A DNA stretch of 64,000 nucleotides from a virus (Duplodnaviria > Caudoviricetes), in IMG/VR virus record IMGVR_UViG_3300022377_000098, positions 8,270-72,269 of that record; one strand, given 5' to 3'. Position numbers and translations under genes: made by a program. The notes beneath the pieces are model-generated. The model was given only the letters and a program-made list of their open reading frames with translations, did not search any database and had not been told where the DNA came from. Below, piece after piece: positions 1 to 9,403 of this stretch. Every line of letters starts with the position of its first letter. Positions within the stretch are counted from its first letter, which is position 1.

Positions 1-164
1 TGAACTGCAGCACGGGCGGAAGGCTTTATGCTATTTTGCCGTGCATTTGCGTCCTCTGTACCGGTAACACTGCTAATATCGCAAAACGCAGTTCGTGCCG
101 TTTCATTCGCTGTACTGCCGGTATATGTACGCTTAACCAGCGTGATTTCATCCGAAAAATACAA
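1..164 (-). CDS. head-closure/head-tail adaptor protein (5' part, runs off window)
   Basis: GGGAGG then TTG start; MYFSDEITLVKRTYTG...; follows the connector gene. Confidence 0.65.
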   Translation of the reverse strand, partial: MYFSDEITLVKRTYTGSTANETARTAFCDISSVTGTEDANARQNSIKPSARAAV

Positions 165-225
165 GTGGCTGTTTCCTCCCCTATCACGACTTACCGGGCA
201 CTGCCCGGCAGTATCGTGATTTGAT

Positions 226-519
226 TTATTCCGGCTGCCGCATCTTGCGAATGCCGTCAGCCATCAATAAGTAGTCTTCACGGTTTCGGTCTGCATCGTC
301 GCCGTTAATGCCAAACTGCCAGCGGGCAAAGCAGCGAACAGCGCCAAGAATCAGCGGATTGGCTTCATCTTCTGCAACTGCTTCCGCTACTCCCAGCCGC
401 TCCAAATCAGCGCGGCACTGCTGCACAATATCGGTCAGTTCTGCATCAACATGCGTTCCGCTGCTTCGGCGAACCGCAAAGCGGACTTTATCCAGATATT
501 CAGGAGTTACCGCTTTCAT
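226..519 (-). CDS. head-tail connector (gp6-like)
   Basis: 97 aa, follows capsid gene; VRFAVRRSS..DAELTDIV pattern. Confidence 0.75.
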   Translation of the reverse strand: MKAVTPEYLDKVRFAVRRSSGTHVDAELTDIVQQCRADLERLGVAEAVAEDEANPLILGAVRCFARWQFGINGDDADRNREDYLLMADGIRKMRQPE

Positions 520-529
520 TGGCTATGCC

Positions 530-1666
530 TCACTTGCCGGAAGCTGCTGCCGCCTGCTTAATAATCTGCATACCGTGATATACAGCAAGGTCAGCATTTG
601 CAGTTGCAAGGCCGCGAACCGCCATCAGATTCTTTGCAAAATACTCGCCGCCCTCATCAGTGGAAACTTCATAATCACCCCACATCGGCATTTTAATAGC
701 TTTCGGCTGCCCATAAAGCTGGGTACCATCTGTCAGACTGGAATTGATAGAAAATGGCACACTCAAACCACCATCTGTAATAGTGCCATTGTTTTCATCT
801 GTGAATTTAATATCGTACAGCGCACGCTTTTCATTTGTGCCGCGAACCTTGCCCAGCGTGTACAGGTCACCTTTTGTAAGGTACAGCTTTGTGCCGCCGC
901 CAACGGATTCATCCGAACCAAAACCAAGTACAACATTACGCAGATAGTCCGCATCCAGTGCAATACCGTTTCGGGTTTCAGCAAGCGCAGAAGCCAGAAC
1001 AGCCGCAACAATCTTTGCTTTTGCGGTACGGCGCAGAGCCGTGCGGGCACTGTTTTCCACATTTGCGGCATAGTTCACGTTTGTCATCTTAGCAACCTGA
1101 TTGCTGATAGTGTCCACAATACCCCAAGTGGCCGGGTTAATGGTAACGTAATCATAATCCGCTCCGGTTCCAGTAACAGCGCTGCCATCCGTCACATCTG
1201 CTGCGATGGCATCCGTCTTTTTATACGGGATTTTCCAAGAGCCGGTACCGGTCGCGTCAATCGCTTCAACATCATCCACAATGGAAGATACAGCCTGCGA
1301 CAGGTCGCCAATGGTTTCAGAAATGCCAGCAGGTGCTGCGATTTTGCCGGTAGCAAGTACAGAACGCTGCTCAATGCTCATATGTCCAGTACTGCGGAAA
1401 ACATCTGCACGCTTCTCAATTCCGGACTTCTCAGCGGCACGGCTCTGCGGGACTTTTCCGGGCTTCAGCTGGTCGGTCAAATCCATGTGGGAACGAATCT
1501 CTTTTTCCTCCGAGGCCAGCGCATCCGCTTCTGTTTTGATTGCCTGCATACGCTCTGTGGTAGCAGTCAGTTTGCCATCATCGCCTCGCTTTTCAACCTC
1601 TGTGCGAAGTGCTGTTTTACGGCTTTCGATTTCTTTCAAACGTTCCATTTCGGTTGTCATAATCAA
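530..1666 (-). CDS. HK97-family major capsid protein
   Basis: 378 aa, coiled N-terminal delta domain, position after prohead protease. Confidence 0.88.
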   Translation of the reverse strand: MIMTTEMERLKEIESRKTALRTEVEKRGDDGKLTATTERMQAIKTEADALASEEKEIRSHMDLTDQLKPGKVPQSRAAEKSGIEKRADVFRSTGHMSIEQRSVLATGKIAAPAGISETIGDLSQAVSSIVDDVEAIDATGTGSWKIPYKKTDAIAADVTDGSAVTGTGADYDYVTINPATWGIVDTISNQVAKMTNVNYAANVENSARTALRRTAKAKIVAAVLASALAETRNGIALDADYLRNVVLGFGSDESVGGGTKLYLTKGDLYTLGKVRGTNEKRALYDIKFTDENNGTITDGGLSVPFSINSSLTDGTQLYGQPKAIKMPMWGDYEVSTDEGGEYFAKNLMAVRGLATANADLAVYHGMQIIKQAAAASGK

Positions 1667-1692
1667 ATTACCTCATTTTTCAATAAAATTGT

Positions 1693-2325
1693 TTACAGGC
1701 TCAAAAGTACACCGCACTCTGCGGCCAGTTTCTCACGTTCTGCCAGATTATCAGCAAACTCCTGCTGCTCTTCTGCGGCTCTCCGCTCGCAGTAGCTTCT
1801 GGCGCTTATATTGGTAGCCGGGTTTGCAGGAATGGAAACAGCGGATACATCATACACTTTGCCGATTTTCAAAATTGTGCGTGTGTGTGTAGCTGCATCG
1901 TAGCTGTCCGCATTCACTGTAAAAGCCCAACTCATGCCCTGAATCAGTCCGGCGGAAATATCATTAAAGATGTTCCGTGCCGCATCGCTTTTGGATAGGT
2001 CAGCGGCTACAAAAATGCCGTGCGGGTCGCTCGGGTCAACCAGCAGCGTATGATTGCTCTGCCGCGCCAATACGCGTCCCTCGTGGTCGTACTGCATAAT
2101 CACATCTGACAAATCTGCTTCGTCTAATGCGTGCCGGTCAATCTGCTCTTTATAGTCCACACCGTCAATGCTGCCCAGCACATAAGGCTGGTTGTATGTA
2201 GTGGCATAACCCTCCACATAATTTTCTGTGTCAAACTTTTTATCTGCACCATCTGTCGGTGCAGCAAGAATCTGCATGACACGGTATTCACGTTCTTTCG
2301 GTTTAAACGGCATTCTCGCCATCAT
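1693..2325 (-). CDS. HK97 prohead protease
   Basis: VEGYATTYN, MQYDHEG, MSWAF, DVSAVSIPANP motifs. Confidence 0.9.
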   Translation of the reverse strand: MMARMPFKPKEREYRVMQILAAPTDGADKKFDTENYVEGYATTYNQPYVLGSIDGVDYKEQIDRHALDEADLSDVIMQYDHEGRVLARQSNHTLLVDPSDPHGIFVAADLSKSDAARNIFNDISAGLIQGMSWAFTVNADSYDAATHTRTILKIGKVYDVSAVSIPANPATNISARSYCERRAAEEQQEFADNLAEREKLAAECGVLLSL

Positions 2326-3514
2326 CCTTTCCGTTTGTTTGATGTTTGGTCATATCCTCTGCCTTGATATAATTAAGACTTACAAGGCGCTTGTCGCCGT
2401 TCTCTACCGGTGCATATCCCAGCAGTTCGCGGTATTCATTTGTAGTCAGTAAACCAAGTTCTTTAGTATCCGTTACAATATTCAGCTTCGTCTGCCAGCT
2501 TGCGCCGGTGGCTGCACCGCCAAAAATCAGAATTTTATTGCCGAAGTTCTTTTCTGATTGGCTGAACAGTGCCGTTGTAAACGCCTGACTCATAGCCAGC
2601 CAGCGTGGCTCAATAATTGCGTCATAGTAGTTCTGCATGGTTTGTTCTGATGCTGTGTTGTTCACAACTTCGCGCGGCGTACGCCAGTAACTGTAAAGCC
2701 TGTCTGTAATCTGCTGCATTTGCGCGGCGTTTGCTGCCCATGTTGACACAGACAGTGGAACATAATTTTCCGTTGCATCCAGTGAAACAATGCCGCCGTT
2801 TTTGGCCGCGTCGCTCATACGTGATACAAATTCATCCTGTGATTTCTTTACATCATCCGGTGAAAGCATGGTCTCCTTTTGCTTAATCATTCCGAAAATC
2901 TTTCCGGAAACATTGGTTGCAGAGGACAAACCTTCATCTATGTTCTGCACCATTTGAATTGTTTCAGTAACAGGTGCATTTCCATTACCCGCAATGCCCG
3001 AAGCGTCATAATGTCGGCGCAGGATTACCATATCTTCCAATGGTAAAAGGTGCTGTTCTCCGTCCATATCGTAAAACTGCACTGCGTACCCGCCGCCAAT
3101 AATTTGCCGAAATTCAAACTGCTGATAAGCAATCGGCCATATTGCTTTCGGGTTTATGGCTTCATCCCACTGAATCCACGCAAGTGCTGTGTTTTTTAAG
3201 TCCAACTGCCAACTCGTCGCATACAGGAAATCGTAAGTAGACATTAAAGGGTTTGGCTGCTGAAACAGCTTCGTGTAAGGGCTGCTGCGGTTGATTTGCT
3301 TTACACGCCCCTGTTTGTCCTGCACAACGTGGAACACTTGTGCTTTTGCCGTGTGTGTAGCATTACAATCCAAAATCGCCCGCGTGATTTCCTGCCCGTC
3401 AATAGCCCCGTTCCACAGTTTTGAATGTGCACCGATGCCAGAAATATATGTTGTTTGTTGATTTGTTTTCTTTGGAAAAAACCTGCTGAAAATTCCCACT
3501 GTATCACCTCGCAA
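2303..3514 (-). CDS. HK97-type portal protein
   Basis: 403 aa, PNPLMSTYDF motif, between terL and protease. Confidence 0.88.
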   Translation of the reverse strand: MRGDTVGIFSRFFPKKTNQQTTYISGIGAHSKLWNGAIDGQEITRAILDCNATHTAKAQVFHVVQDKQGRVKQINRSSPYTKLFQQPNPLMSTYDFLYATSWQLDLKNTALAWIQWDEAINPKAIWPIAYQQFEFRQIIGGGYAVQFYDMDGEQHLLPLEDMVILRRHYDASGIAGNGNAPVTETIQMVQNIDEGLSSATNVSGKIFGMIKQKETMLSPDDVKKSQDEFVSRMSDAAKNGGIVSLDATENYVPLSVSTWAANAAQMQQITDRLYSYWRTPREVVNNTASEQTMQNYYDAIIEPRWLAMSQAFTTALFSQSEKNFGNKILIFGGAATGASWQTKLNIVTDTKELGLLTTNEYRELLGYAPVENGDKRLVSLNYIKAEDMTKHQTNGKDDGENAV

Positions 3515-5183
3515 GACTTAAAATATACTCGGAATGATTTTGCAAGCCTACCCATGCATTCAGCAGTGAAATCATTCCATCTATGCGCCGGTTGCGGGCG
3601 CTTTTCACTGGCATAACGGAGTCTATGCCGTCTTTATTTCTGCTTTTTACAGCCGTGTTTAAAAGGCACCAGCGAAGCATTGGATTATTCTGATAAATTA
3701 CCCGGTGTTCCTCAAATGTGCCTTGCAACAGCTTCATTGGGTAAGTCCACGTAAAAGGTCCCTGCCGGATTTTTTCCATGTTAAAGCCTGCTTCCGTCAT
3801 TTGCGGTGCCCAGTAACCAGACAGCGCCGCATCATAGCACACCCTCAAAGGACGAATGTCATGCTGTTTCACCATGTCTACAAACCACGCTGTAACGGCA
3901 TTGTAGTCAACAGTTGCACCGGGGCATATCGTAAGCCATCCCAATTCTGCCCAACGCTGATAAGGCGCTTCACGGTCACTGTTGCTTGCACCACCCAACG
4001 CGTCTATTTTAGACTGCGGAATAAAATACTTTTGCAGAACGTAATAGTTTTCATCTTTCGGCTTCACAATCAGCAGTGTGGCACAGGTAAGGTCTGTTGT
4101 TGCTGACAGGTCACACCCGCCGATTGCGTAACTGTGTTCCAGATAAGACATCGGTATCACGGCTTCATTGACTGCCTGTTCAAATGTAAGCCAGCCGGTA
4201 CTGCTGTTTTCAAAAATATTGAAGTCTTTTGTCAGCAGTGTAGGGAGAAACGACGGGTCACGTTTAGCTTGTTCAACGTGTTCCCGCAGTGTTTGCAAAC
4301 TCTTAATTTGTCCAAGCCCCGGGTTTGCCTTTTCCCAGCAGTCTTCTTTTGTCCATTCATCCCGGCTGTCCAGTTCGTAAATCAGCGGAAGCGTGCGGAA
4401 ATCATGGAAACCATCATCCCACATTGCAATATGAGAAGCGAATGTATATTTATCGTCGAAGAATGCTTCCCTTCGGAAACCGTTTGTAGAAATCATCCAG
4501 TAAAGCGGCTGTTCTCGGAAAGACTGGGATTGCTTCATTACGTCATATAGTTCAGAGTCCGGTTGTTCGTGCCATTCATCCTGACAAACAAAGGAAGCGT
4601 TTAAACCGTCCAGATTGTTTGACTTTGCGGCAAGGACTTTAATGATTCCAAAATTGTGGCTGCAATAAATATCACACCGCCGCTTTCGCTCTGTATCCTT
4701 TAGAGCCGGTGACTGTGCCCGCATATTACAGACTTCCTGAAATACCTGTCCTGCTTGGTCGCGGCTGTTTGCAACGCAGTAAATTTCGGGGCCGTTCTCT
4801 TTGTCATCCAGCAGCATATCATGCAGCACTGCGGCTGTTTCTGTGGATTTCCCACACTTTCGCCCCCGCACGTCTATAACCTCACGAAAGCGCCGCAAAT
4901 TGTCCTTGTCTACCCAGCCAAAAACAAGTTGTAGTTTTGCCAGCTGAAATAATTCAAACTGGATTGGCTGACCGCCGCGCTTCCCCTTACTCTGCTTACA
5001 GAAATGCTCCATAAAGTCAATGTGGTGCTGTCCAAGTGCCGCATCAAAATGATAAGGGAAATTGGGCGGTGGATTGTCCATCCACCTGCATTCCCGCTCA
5101 TAAACAGCAGTAACTTTTTTATCAGATGCTATTTTGCCGTCTTGAATGGCTTCCAGATACTTCTTTGGCCAATTCACAATCAC
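3504..5183 (-). CDS. terL: terminase large subunit
   Basis: Walker A GRKCGKS, Walker B QDEWHE, C-terminal RIDGMIS nuclease. Confidence 0.93.
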   Translation of the reverse strand: MIVNWPKKYLEAIQDGKIASDKKVTAVYERECRWMDNPPPNFPYHFDAALGQHHIDFMEHFCKQSKGKRGGQPIQFELFQLAKLQLVFGWVDKDNLRRFREVIDVRGRKCGKSTETAAVLHDMLLDDKENGPEIYCVANSRDQAGQVFQEVCNMRAQSPALKDTERKRRCDIYCSHNFGIIKVLAAKSNNLDGLNASFVCQDEWHEQPDSELYDVMKQSQSFREQPLYWMISTNGFRREAFFDDKYTFASHIAMWDDGFHDFRTLPLIYELDSRDEWTKEDCWEKANPGLGQIKSLQTLREHVEQAKRDPSFLPTLLTKDFNIFENSSTGWLTFEQAVNEAVIPMSYLEHSYAIGGCDLSATTDLTCATLLIVKPKDENYYVLQKYFIPQSKIDALGGASNSDREAPYQRWAELGWLTICPGATVDYNAVTAWFVDMVKQHDIRPLRVCYDAALSGYWAPQMTEAGFNMEKIRQGPFTWTYPMKLLQGTFEEHRVIYQNNPMLRWCLLNTAVKSRNKDGIDSVMPVKSARNRRIDGMISLLNAWVGLQNHSEYILSLAR

Positions 5184-5563
5184 TTAGCACCGCCGCCATT
5201 GACAAAATCTATCATTTCGGCTGCTGCATCTCGGTCGCCTGTATCCGGCAGCAGTTCCAGCAGCTGTCGTGTCACAGCGCTGTATGTTTTTGTGTACCGC
5301 TCCACCAAATCGGCTGCAACGCTTTTTTTCGTGCCGGACTGGTGTTCCCCGTTCTGATAAACGTCCACAAAGCCATCACGCATGATGATTTTGTTCAGTT
5401 CGTCCAAACATACAGCCAGAAAAGCGGCCTGCTCAATCAGTCCTGCAGCAGCTTTCAGCTTCACCGCGTCTGCATCTTTCAGAATTTTCTTGAATTCGGA
5501 ACGCTTTCTTTTAATCATCTTTTCGCGCTCCGCTTCGGTATAAATATGCTCAAAATTTGCCAT
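5180..5563 (-). CDS. terminase small subunit (P27-like)
   Basis: YQNGEHQSGTKKS motif, directly upstream of terL. Confidence 0.75.
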   Translation of the reverse strand: MANFEHIYTEAEREKMIKRKRSEFKKILKDADAVKLKAAAGLIEQAAFLAVCLDELNKIIMRDGFVDVYQNGEHQSGTKKSVAADLVERYTKTYSAVTRQLLELLPDTGDRDAAAEMIDFVNGGGAK

Positions 5564-5569
5564 TTCCCA

Positions 5570-5690
5570 TCACATCCTAACTGCTTTTTACTACACCCAC
5601 GCGGCAAAATCGCAATCGGTTTTTGGGAGGAGCATTGCAACGGTCTTCTCTCTGCTTCCCAAATCCGGCACCCGGGGGGGGATAGTCATT
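5570..5690 (-). other. probable cos/packaging region of element 1
   Basis: intergenic between HNH and terS, with CCCCCCCCGGG tract typical of HNH/cos phages. Confidence 0.45.
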
Positions 5691-6006
5691 TCCTAAATTT
5701 CGTAAGTTGCCCGTTCTCATCAAAGTAATACCGCATATCGCAGTCAATGCTTTTTCTCCCATGCTCTGCCATCGTTAATGTCGTGTGGCACTTATGGCAC
5801 AGACATTGAAGATTATCAATGTTAAGTGCTATGCTCGGGTTGCCTATATTCTCCGGTGTCAGTTCCCGTATATGGTGAACCTCCGTTGCTCTGGCTCCGC
5901 AAAAAACGCAGGTAAACATATCGCGCCTTAGTGCCTGCTGCCTGACTGCTTTCCATACAGCACTGCGATAGAAAGGCTTTGCCCATTCTTTAGCCACTGG
6001 TGGCAC
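5686..6006 (-). CDS. terminase-associated HNH endonuclease
   Basis: FYRSAVW..R, CxxC, EVHHI, NLQCLCHKCH. Confidence 0.9.
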   Translation of the reverse strand: MPPVAKEWAKPFYRSAVWKAVRQQALRRDMFTCVFCGARATEVHHIRELTPENIGNPSIALNIDNLQCLCHKCHTTLTMAEHGRKSIDCDMRYYFDENGQLTKFRK

Positions 6007-6610
6007 CTTGCTTTTCAGCAGTAGCTTTCATGTTTTTGAGTGCCATTAACTTTAATTTGGAAATATAACAGCGTGACACCCCGAACTGTTTTGCAATCTC
6101 CTCCTGCGTAAATCCATAAAAGAAATCTAAAACAATTACTTGGCGTTGCTTTTCTGGAATGGCAGCAAGTAATGATTGAAGATATATCCGTTTATCACTG
6201 TTTACATAAACTTCTTCTGATTCAGTGTCAGGCAAAATATTTTCGAGCGTACCATTACCATCTTGCAGCGTCGACACATCTAAACTCGTACAATGATTTA
6301 ACGTTCGCGGCGCAAGGTTTCCTCTAATTCCTATCAGCTCATTAAAGCAATTCTTTAATGGAAGATTCAAGAACGTTGTAAACTTCCAACTGTTTTCTGG
6401 ATTGAAATCTCTTATAGCATCTAGCAACGCGAAAAATGCTGCTTGATTACAATCGTCCAATTCAACGCCACAACTTGCACATTGGTTTTTGTGAGAGTTA
6501 AAAAAAAAGTTTGCTTTCTGAAAACAAATTTTCTTCACGTTTTCCCACAGTTCCGCAATCGCTTCTTTATCTCCGCCTTTGGCTTTTATCGCCAGTTCTT
6601 CGTTTGTCAT
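5990..6610 (-). CDS. sigma-70-like regulator (probable late activator)
   Basis: MTNEELA..AKGGDKEAIAELW region 2 and C-terminal region-4 HTH (FTQEEIAKQFGVSR). Confidence 0.75.
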   Translation of the reverse strand: MTNEELAIKAKGGDKEAIAELWENVKKICFQKANFFFNSHKNQCASCGVELDDCNQAAFFALLDAIRDFNPENSWKFTTFLNLPLKNCFNELIGIRGNLAPRTLNHCTSLDVSTLQDGNGTLENILPDTESEEVYVNSDKRIYLQSLLAAIPEKQRQVIVLDFFYGFTQEEIAKQFGVSRCYISKLKLMALKNMKATAEKQGATSG

Positions 6611-6775
6611 ATTTAAAATCACCATTCGGCTAAAATCAAATTAAAGGGGCATGGAAAATACCCCACATTTGTTAAGCTGCCCTGAAAGGCTTTCGCACGC
6701 TTAGAGTGCTATCCAATTTCGCTTGGCTCTCCGTTTGCGTCCGGCTTTCACGGAAGGATACTGCCCTGCATTGTT

Positions 6776-6833
6776 TGCACTCAGTGGGAGTTGAACCCAC
6801 AACCGACTAGTGCGGCCACTCCGGTTTAAGCGC
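6776..6833 (-). ncRNA. D-armless tRNA-like RNA
   Basis: GCGCTTA/TGAGTGC acceptor stem, one central hairpin, GTGGG-TTCAACT-CCCAC T arm. Confidence 0.5.
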
Positions 6834-6944
6834 ATGGTAAGTGGTAGGTTTTATAGCAACCTGCCACCTTAAGGAGGATAAAATACAGATATAGAAAAAA
6901 GGAAACAGATTGGAGGAGCGCAGCGCTGAATTTGACGCTGCGCT

Positions 6945-7020
6945 TGGTACGCCATCGGGGACTCGAACCCCGGCTTTCCGAATTTAGAGTTCGGCGCTCT
7001 CCCAACTAAGTTAATGACGC
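6945..7020 (-). tRNA. amber suppressor tRNA(CUA), tRNA-Lys-like body (element 1)
   Basis: 76 nt GCGTCAT...CCGAA-CT-CTA-AA-TTCGG...GGTTCGAGTCC...ATGGCGT-A-CCA. Confidence 0.92.
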
Positions 7021-7082
7021 ATAAAGAAAAGAACCGAAGCAGACAGCCTATTGGCTGAAAGTTTCGGTTCTCTTAGGAACTC

Positions 7083-7235
7083 TTATTTTATGTACCCACT
7101 CTGCATATTCCCACAACGCGGGCATTTGACTTCATAGTATCCGTTAAACTCACCCAGTTTTTTGTTGCACTTTCGGCACCGGGCTTCTCTTAGGACTAAT
7201 TCCGCTTTTAAGAACGCTTTTTGCTTTTCTATCAT
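7083..7235 (-). CDS. Com-family zinc-finger regulator
   Basis: RCRKCNKKL...YEVKCPRCG; missed by ORF track (50 aa). Confidence 0.75.
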   Translation of the reverse strand: MIEKQKAFLKAELVLREARCRKCNKKLGEFNGYYEVKCPRCGNMQSGYIK

Positions 7236-7249
7236 CCCATGCACACTTT

Positions 7250-7921
7250 CTATGCCGCTTTAGAAGCAGTGAGTCTAACTTGATACGATTCAAGCAAATG
7301 CTTTCTTTGCTGGAAATCTGAAACCGAAACCAGCAACCCAACGTCTACTTTTTGCAGTAGGTCAAGCATTTTAATTTGTTCGTCTGCCAGATATGGGCGG
7401 ATGCTCTTTCCCTTTCCAATACCATTAACAAGTCTGAACTGTTTTGCCGTCATTCCAAGCACAATGCGGTTTAGCATATCAACTTCATTACTGTAATGAT
7501 ATGGTTTTGGATTGTCATACAGTAACTTGATGTTTTCGGTTAGCAAGGGAAATTCCTGTTTTGCAGCTTCCAGCGTTTTAATGAATTTCTCCATCTCGTT
7601 GAAACGATTGATGTAGAGTTCCTTGAAATGCATGGCTTTCTGCCCGGTATATCCCATCGCCAGCATGGTAAATCCGTCACGGGTCATGCAGTAGCACGGC
7701 TGCTTTTTATGCTGATTGTTGGTGTATGAGGACAGCGCAAAATTGCGCTGTCTAAATTCTTCACTCATCCCAGATGTAGGGCCAGTGATTTTGCGAATAT
7801 CGCGCAGTACCTCTTTGTGATTTTTCTCAAAGGAATCAGCCACATACAGGCTGTCTACCCTCGCTGTATCATGGGTATCTGCAAACACTCCGTACTCGTC
7901 TTTTGGAATCAGTTCATTCAA
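7250..7921 (-). CDS. Rha-family phage regulator
   Basis: DSLYVADSFEKNHKEVLRDIR, NFALSSY, CYCMTRDGFTML; ends in TAG. Confidence 0.88.
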   Translation of the reverse strand: MNELIPKDEYGVFADTHDTARVDSLYVADSFEKNHKEVLRDIRKITGPTSGMSEEFRQRNFALSSYTNNQHKKQPCYCMTRDGFTMLAMGYTGQKAMHFKELYINRFNEMEKFIKTLEAAKQEFPLLTENIKLLYDNPKPYHYSNEVDMLNRIVLGMTAKQFRLVNGIGKGKSIRPYLADEQIKMLDLLQKVDVGLLVSVSDFQQRKHLLESYQVRLTASKAA

Positions 7922-8292
7922 TATATGCATACCTCCAAAAATAATACTTAAGTAGAGGGAGCGGCAGGGGCTTATCCTGCTCATTCATTATTCCCATAAA
8001 TACTTTAAACCGTTTCGGTGCCGCTCCCGGTTCGTGCACCGTTTGCAACATATAATGGGCGGCACAGAAAGGAGTGTAAAGAGCGCCGCCCTGCTTTTAC
8101 TATATATTAATTGTACATCACAAAAAAATATTTCGCATCTAAAAAGCCATTACGAAATTGTGAACACGTACAGGAATTTTTTCTGCTTCAGCTGTCCTGT
8201 CTGAAAGCTAAACTTACTGAGAAGCCTTGGTTGAATCTTCCACTTGGGAAGTGTATACTGAAATTGAAATTATTTTAAAGAAGAGGATTACA

Positions 8293-8511
8293 ATGGGTCA
8301 ATTTATATTATTGATTATTTCGCGGCTGATAATAGGAATTGCTGATAGCATTCAGCAGAAATACCGGAAGCACAAGATGGAGCGTGTCAGGAAGAAACAC
8401 GAGAAGAGAAACACTCAATCAGGGCTGTGCAGCACAATGTGTCGTGATATTGCAAACGATGCAGTAGACACAACGCAAGCGCTGATACAGTCACAGCAAA
8501 AAGAGCAATAA
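8293..8511 (+). CDS. small hypothetical protein, paralog of N-half of 44660-45121
   Basis: shared LCSTMxRDIANDAVDTxQALIQSQ. Confidence 0.4.
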   Translation: MGQFILLIISRLIIGIADSIQQKYRKHKMERVRKKHEKRNTQSGLCSTMCRDIANDAVDTTQALIQSQQKEQ

Positions 8512-8791
8512 AAAGGGCGGCCTTGCGGTCGCCCCTCTCGTTTTTAAACTGTGCCTTTACTTGCGCCGGATTTCCGGCGGTGCGGTTTTAAAGACAGGGC
8601 AGTTATTTGCTGTAGCGCACTTTCCAAAGGCCGCCAGATCGCACTCGAATCTTCCTTTGGAAAACTTGTTGAAGTCGTCCAGCGTATGTGCATCCATATA
8701 TTCCACAAAAATTCCATGTTGAGCGTGAAGCGTTGGGCATTCCCCAAAGACTTTCAAATGCATACAAAATCATCCTCCATACTATTTTAAT

Positions 8792-9403
8792 TCATTCACC
8801 CTGCGAGTCGTCAATTTCCTGCAAAGCATCCCTGATTTCATTCAGATGGTCGAGGTTCATGTTACCGACTTCCTCCTGAATACCGGAAATTTCCTGCAAA
8901 ATCCTTTGTTCTTCCGTCAGTTCGTCAATGTCGATACTTCCAATCTGCTCCTGCAATTCCGCAATCTCCTGAAGCAAGTCGCGTTTTGCGGTTAGAGCTG
9001 CAATATCGGCATCGGGTTCAACAGCAATTTTTTGCAGGTCATGTTGCGTATCGGGGCTTGTAGTAGAATCCGCAATAACCAGTGTACCCCCTTCAATCAG
9101 CACGTCCACCATTTCAAGTTCATCGGTTCCCAGTTTCGTTTCGTGCTTAGCTTCTGGGTCGAGGTCGCGTTGCACCTGTGCCCAATCTCCGGAATTGCCA
9201 ACGGAAATAGTCAGTCCATAGATAGGCGCATCCTCCGGGGAAATCGGTTCAAGGTCAACTTCAAACACATTTTCACCGTTTGGGGCTTCATCATAACCTT
9301 CATTGGATACCAAACTTGCCGCTACAATTTCATAGCAAACTTCTGCGGATTTCCCGGTTTCGCGGTCGAATGTGGTTTTACGAATCTTTCTGAAATTAAA
9401 CAT
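8792..9403 (-). CDS. hypothetical acidic protein with coiled C-terminus
   Basis: GGAGG RBS, about 200-aa ORF. Confidence 0.55.
   Translation of the reverse strand: MFNFRKIRKTTFDRETGKSAEVCYEIVAASLVSNEGYDEAPNGENVFEVDLEPISPEDAPIYGLTISVGNSGDWAQVQRDLDPEAKHETKLGTDELEMVDVLIEGGTLVIADSTTSPDTQHDLQKIAVEPDADIAALTAKRDLLQEIAELQEQIGSIDIDELTEEQRILQEISGIQEEVGNMNLDHLNEIRDALQEIDDSQGE

Noticed and set aside
308-1795. 495-aa plus-strand ORF (also 17833-18798 and similar)
   Set aside because: Antisense shadows of capsid and lysis genes with no RBS or recognisable motifs.
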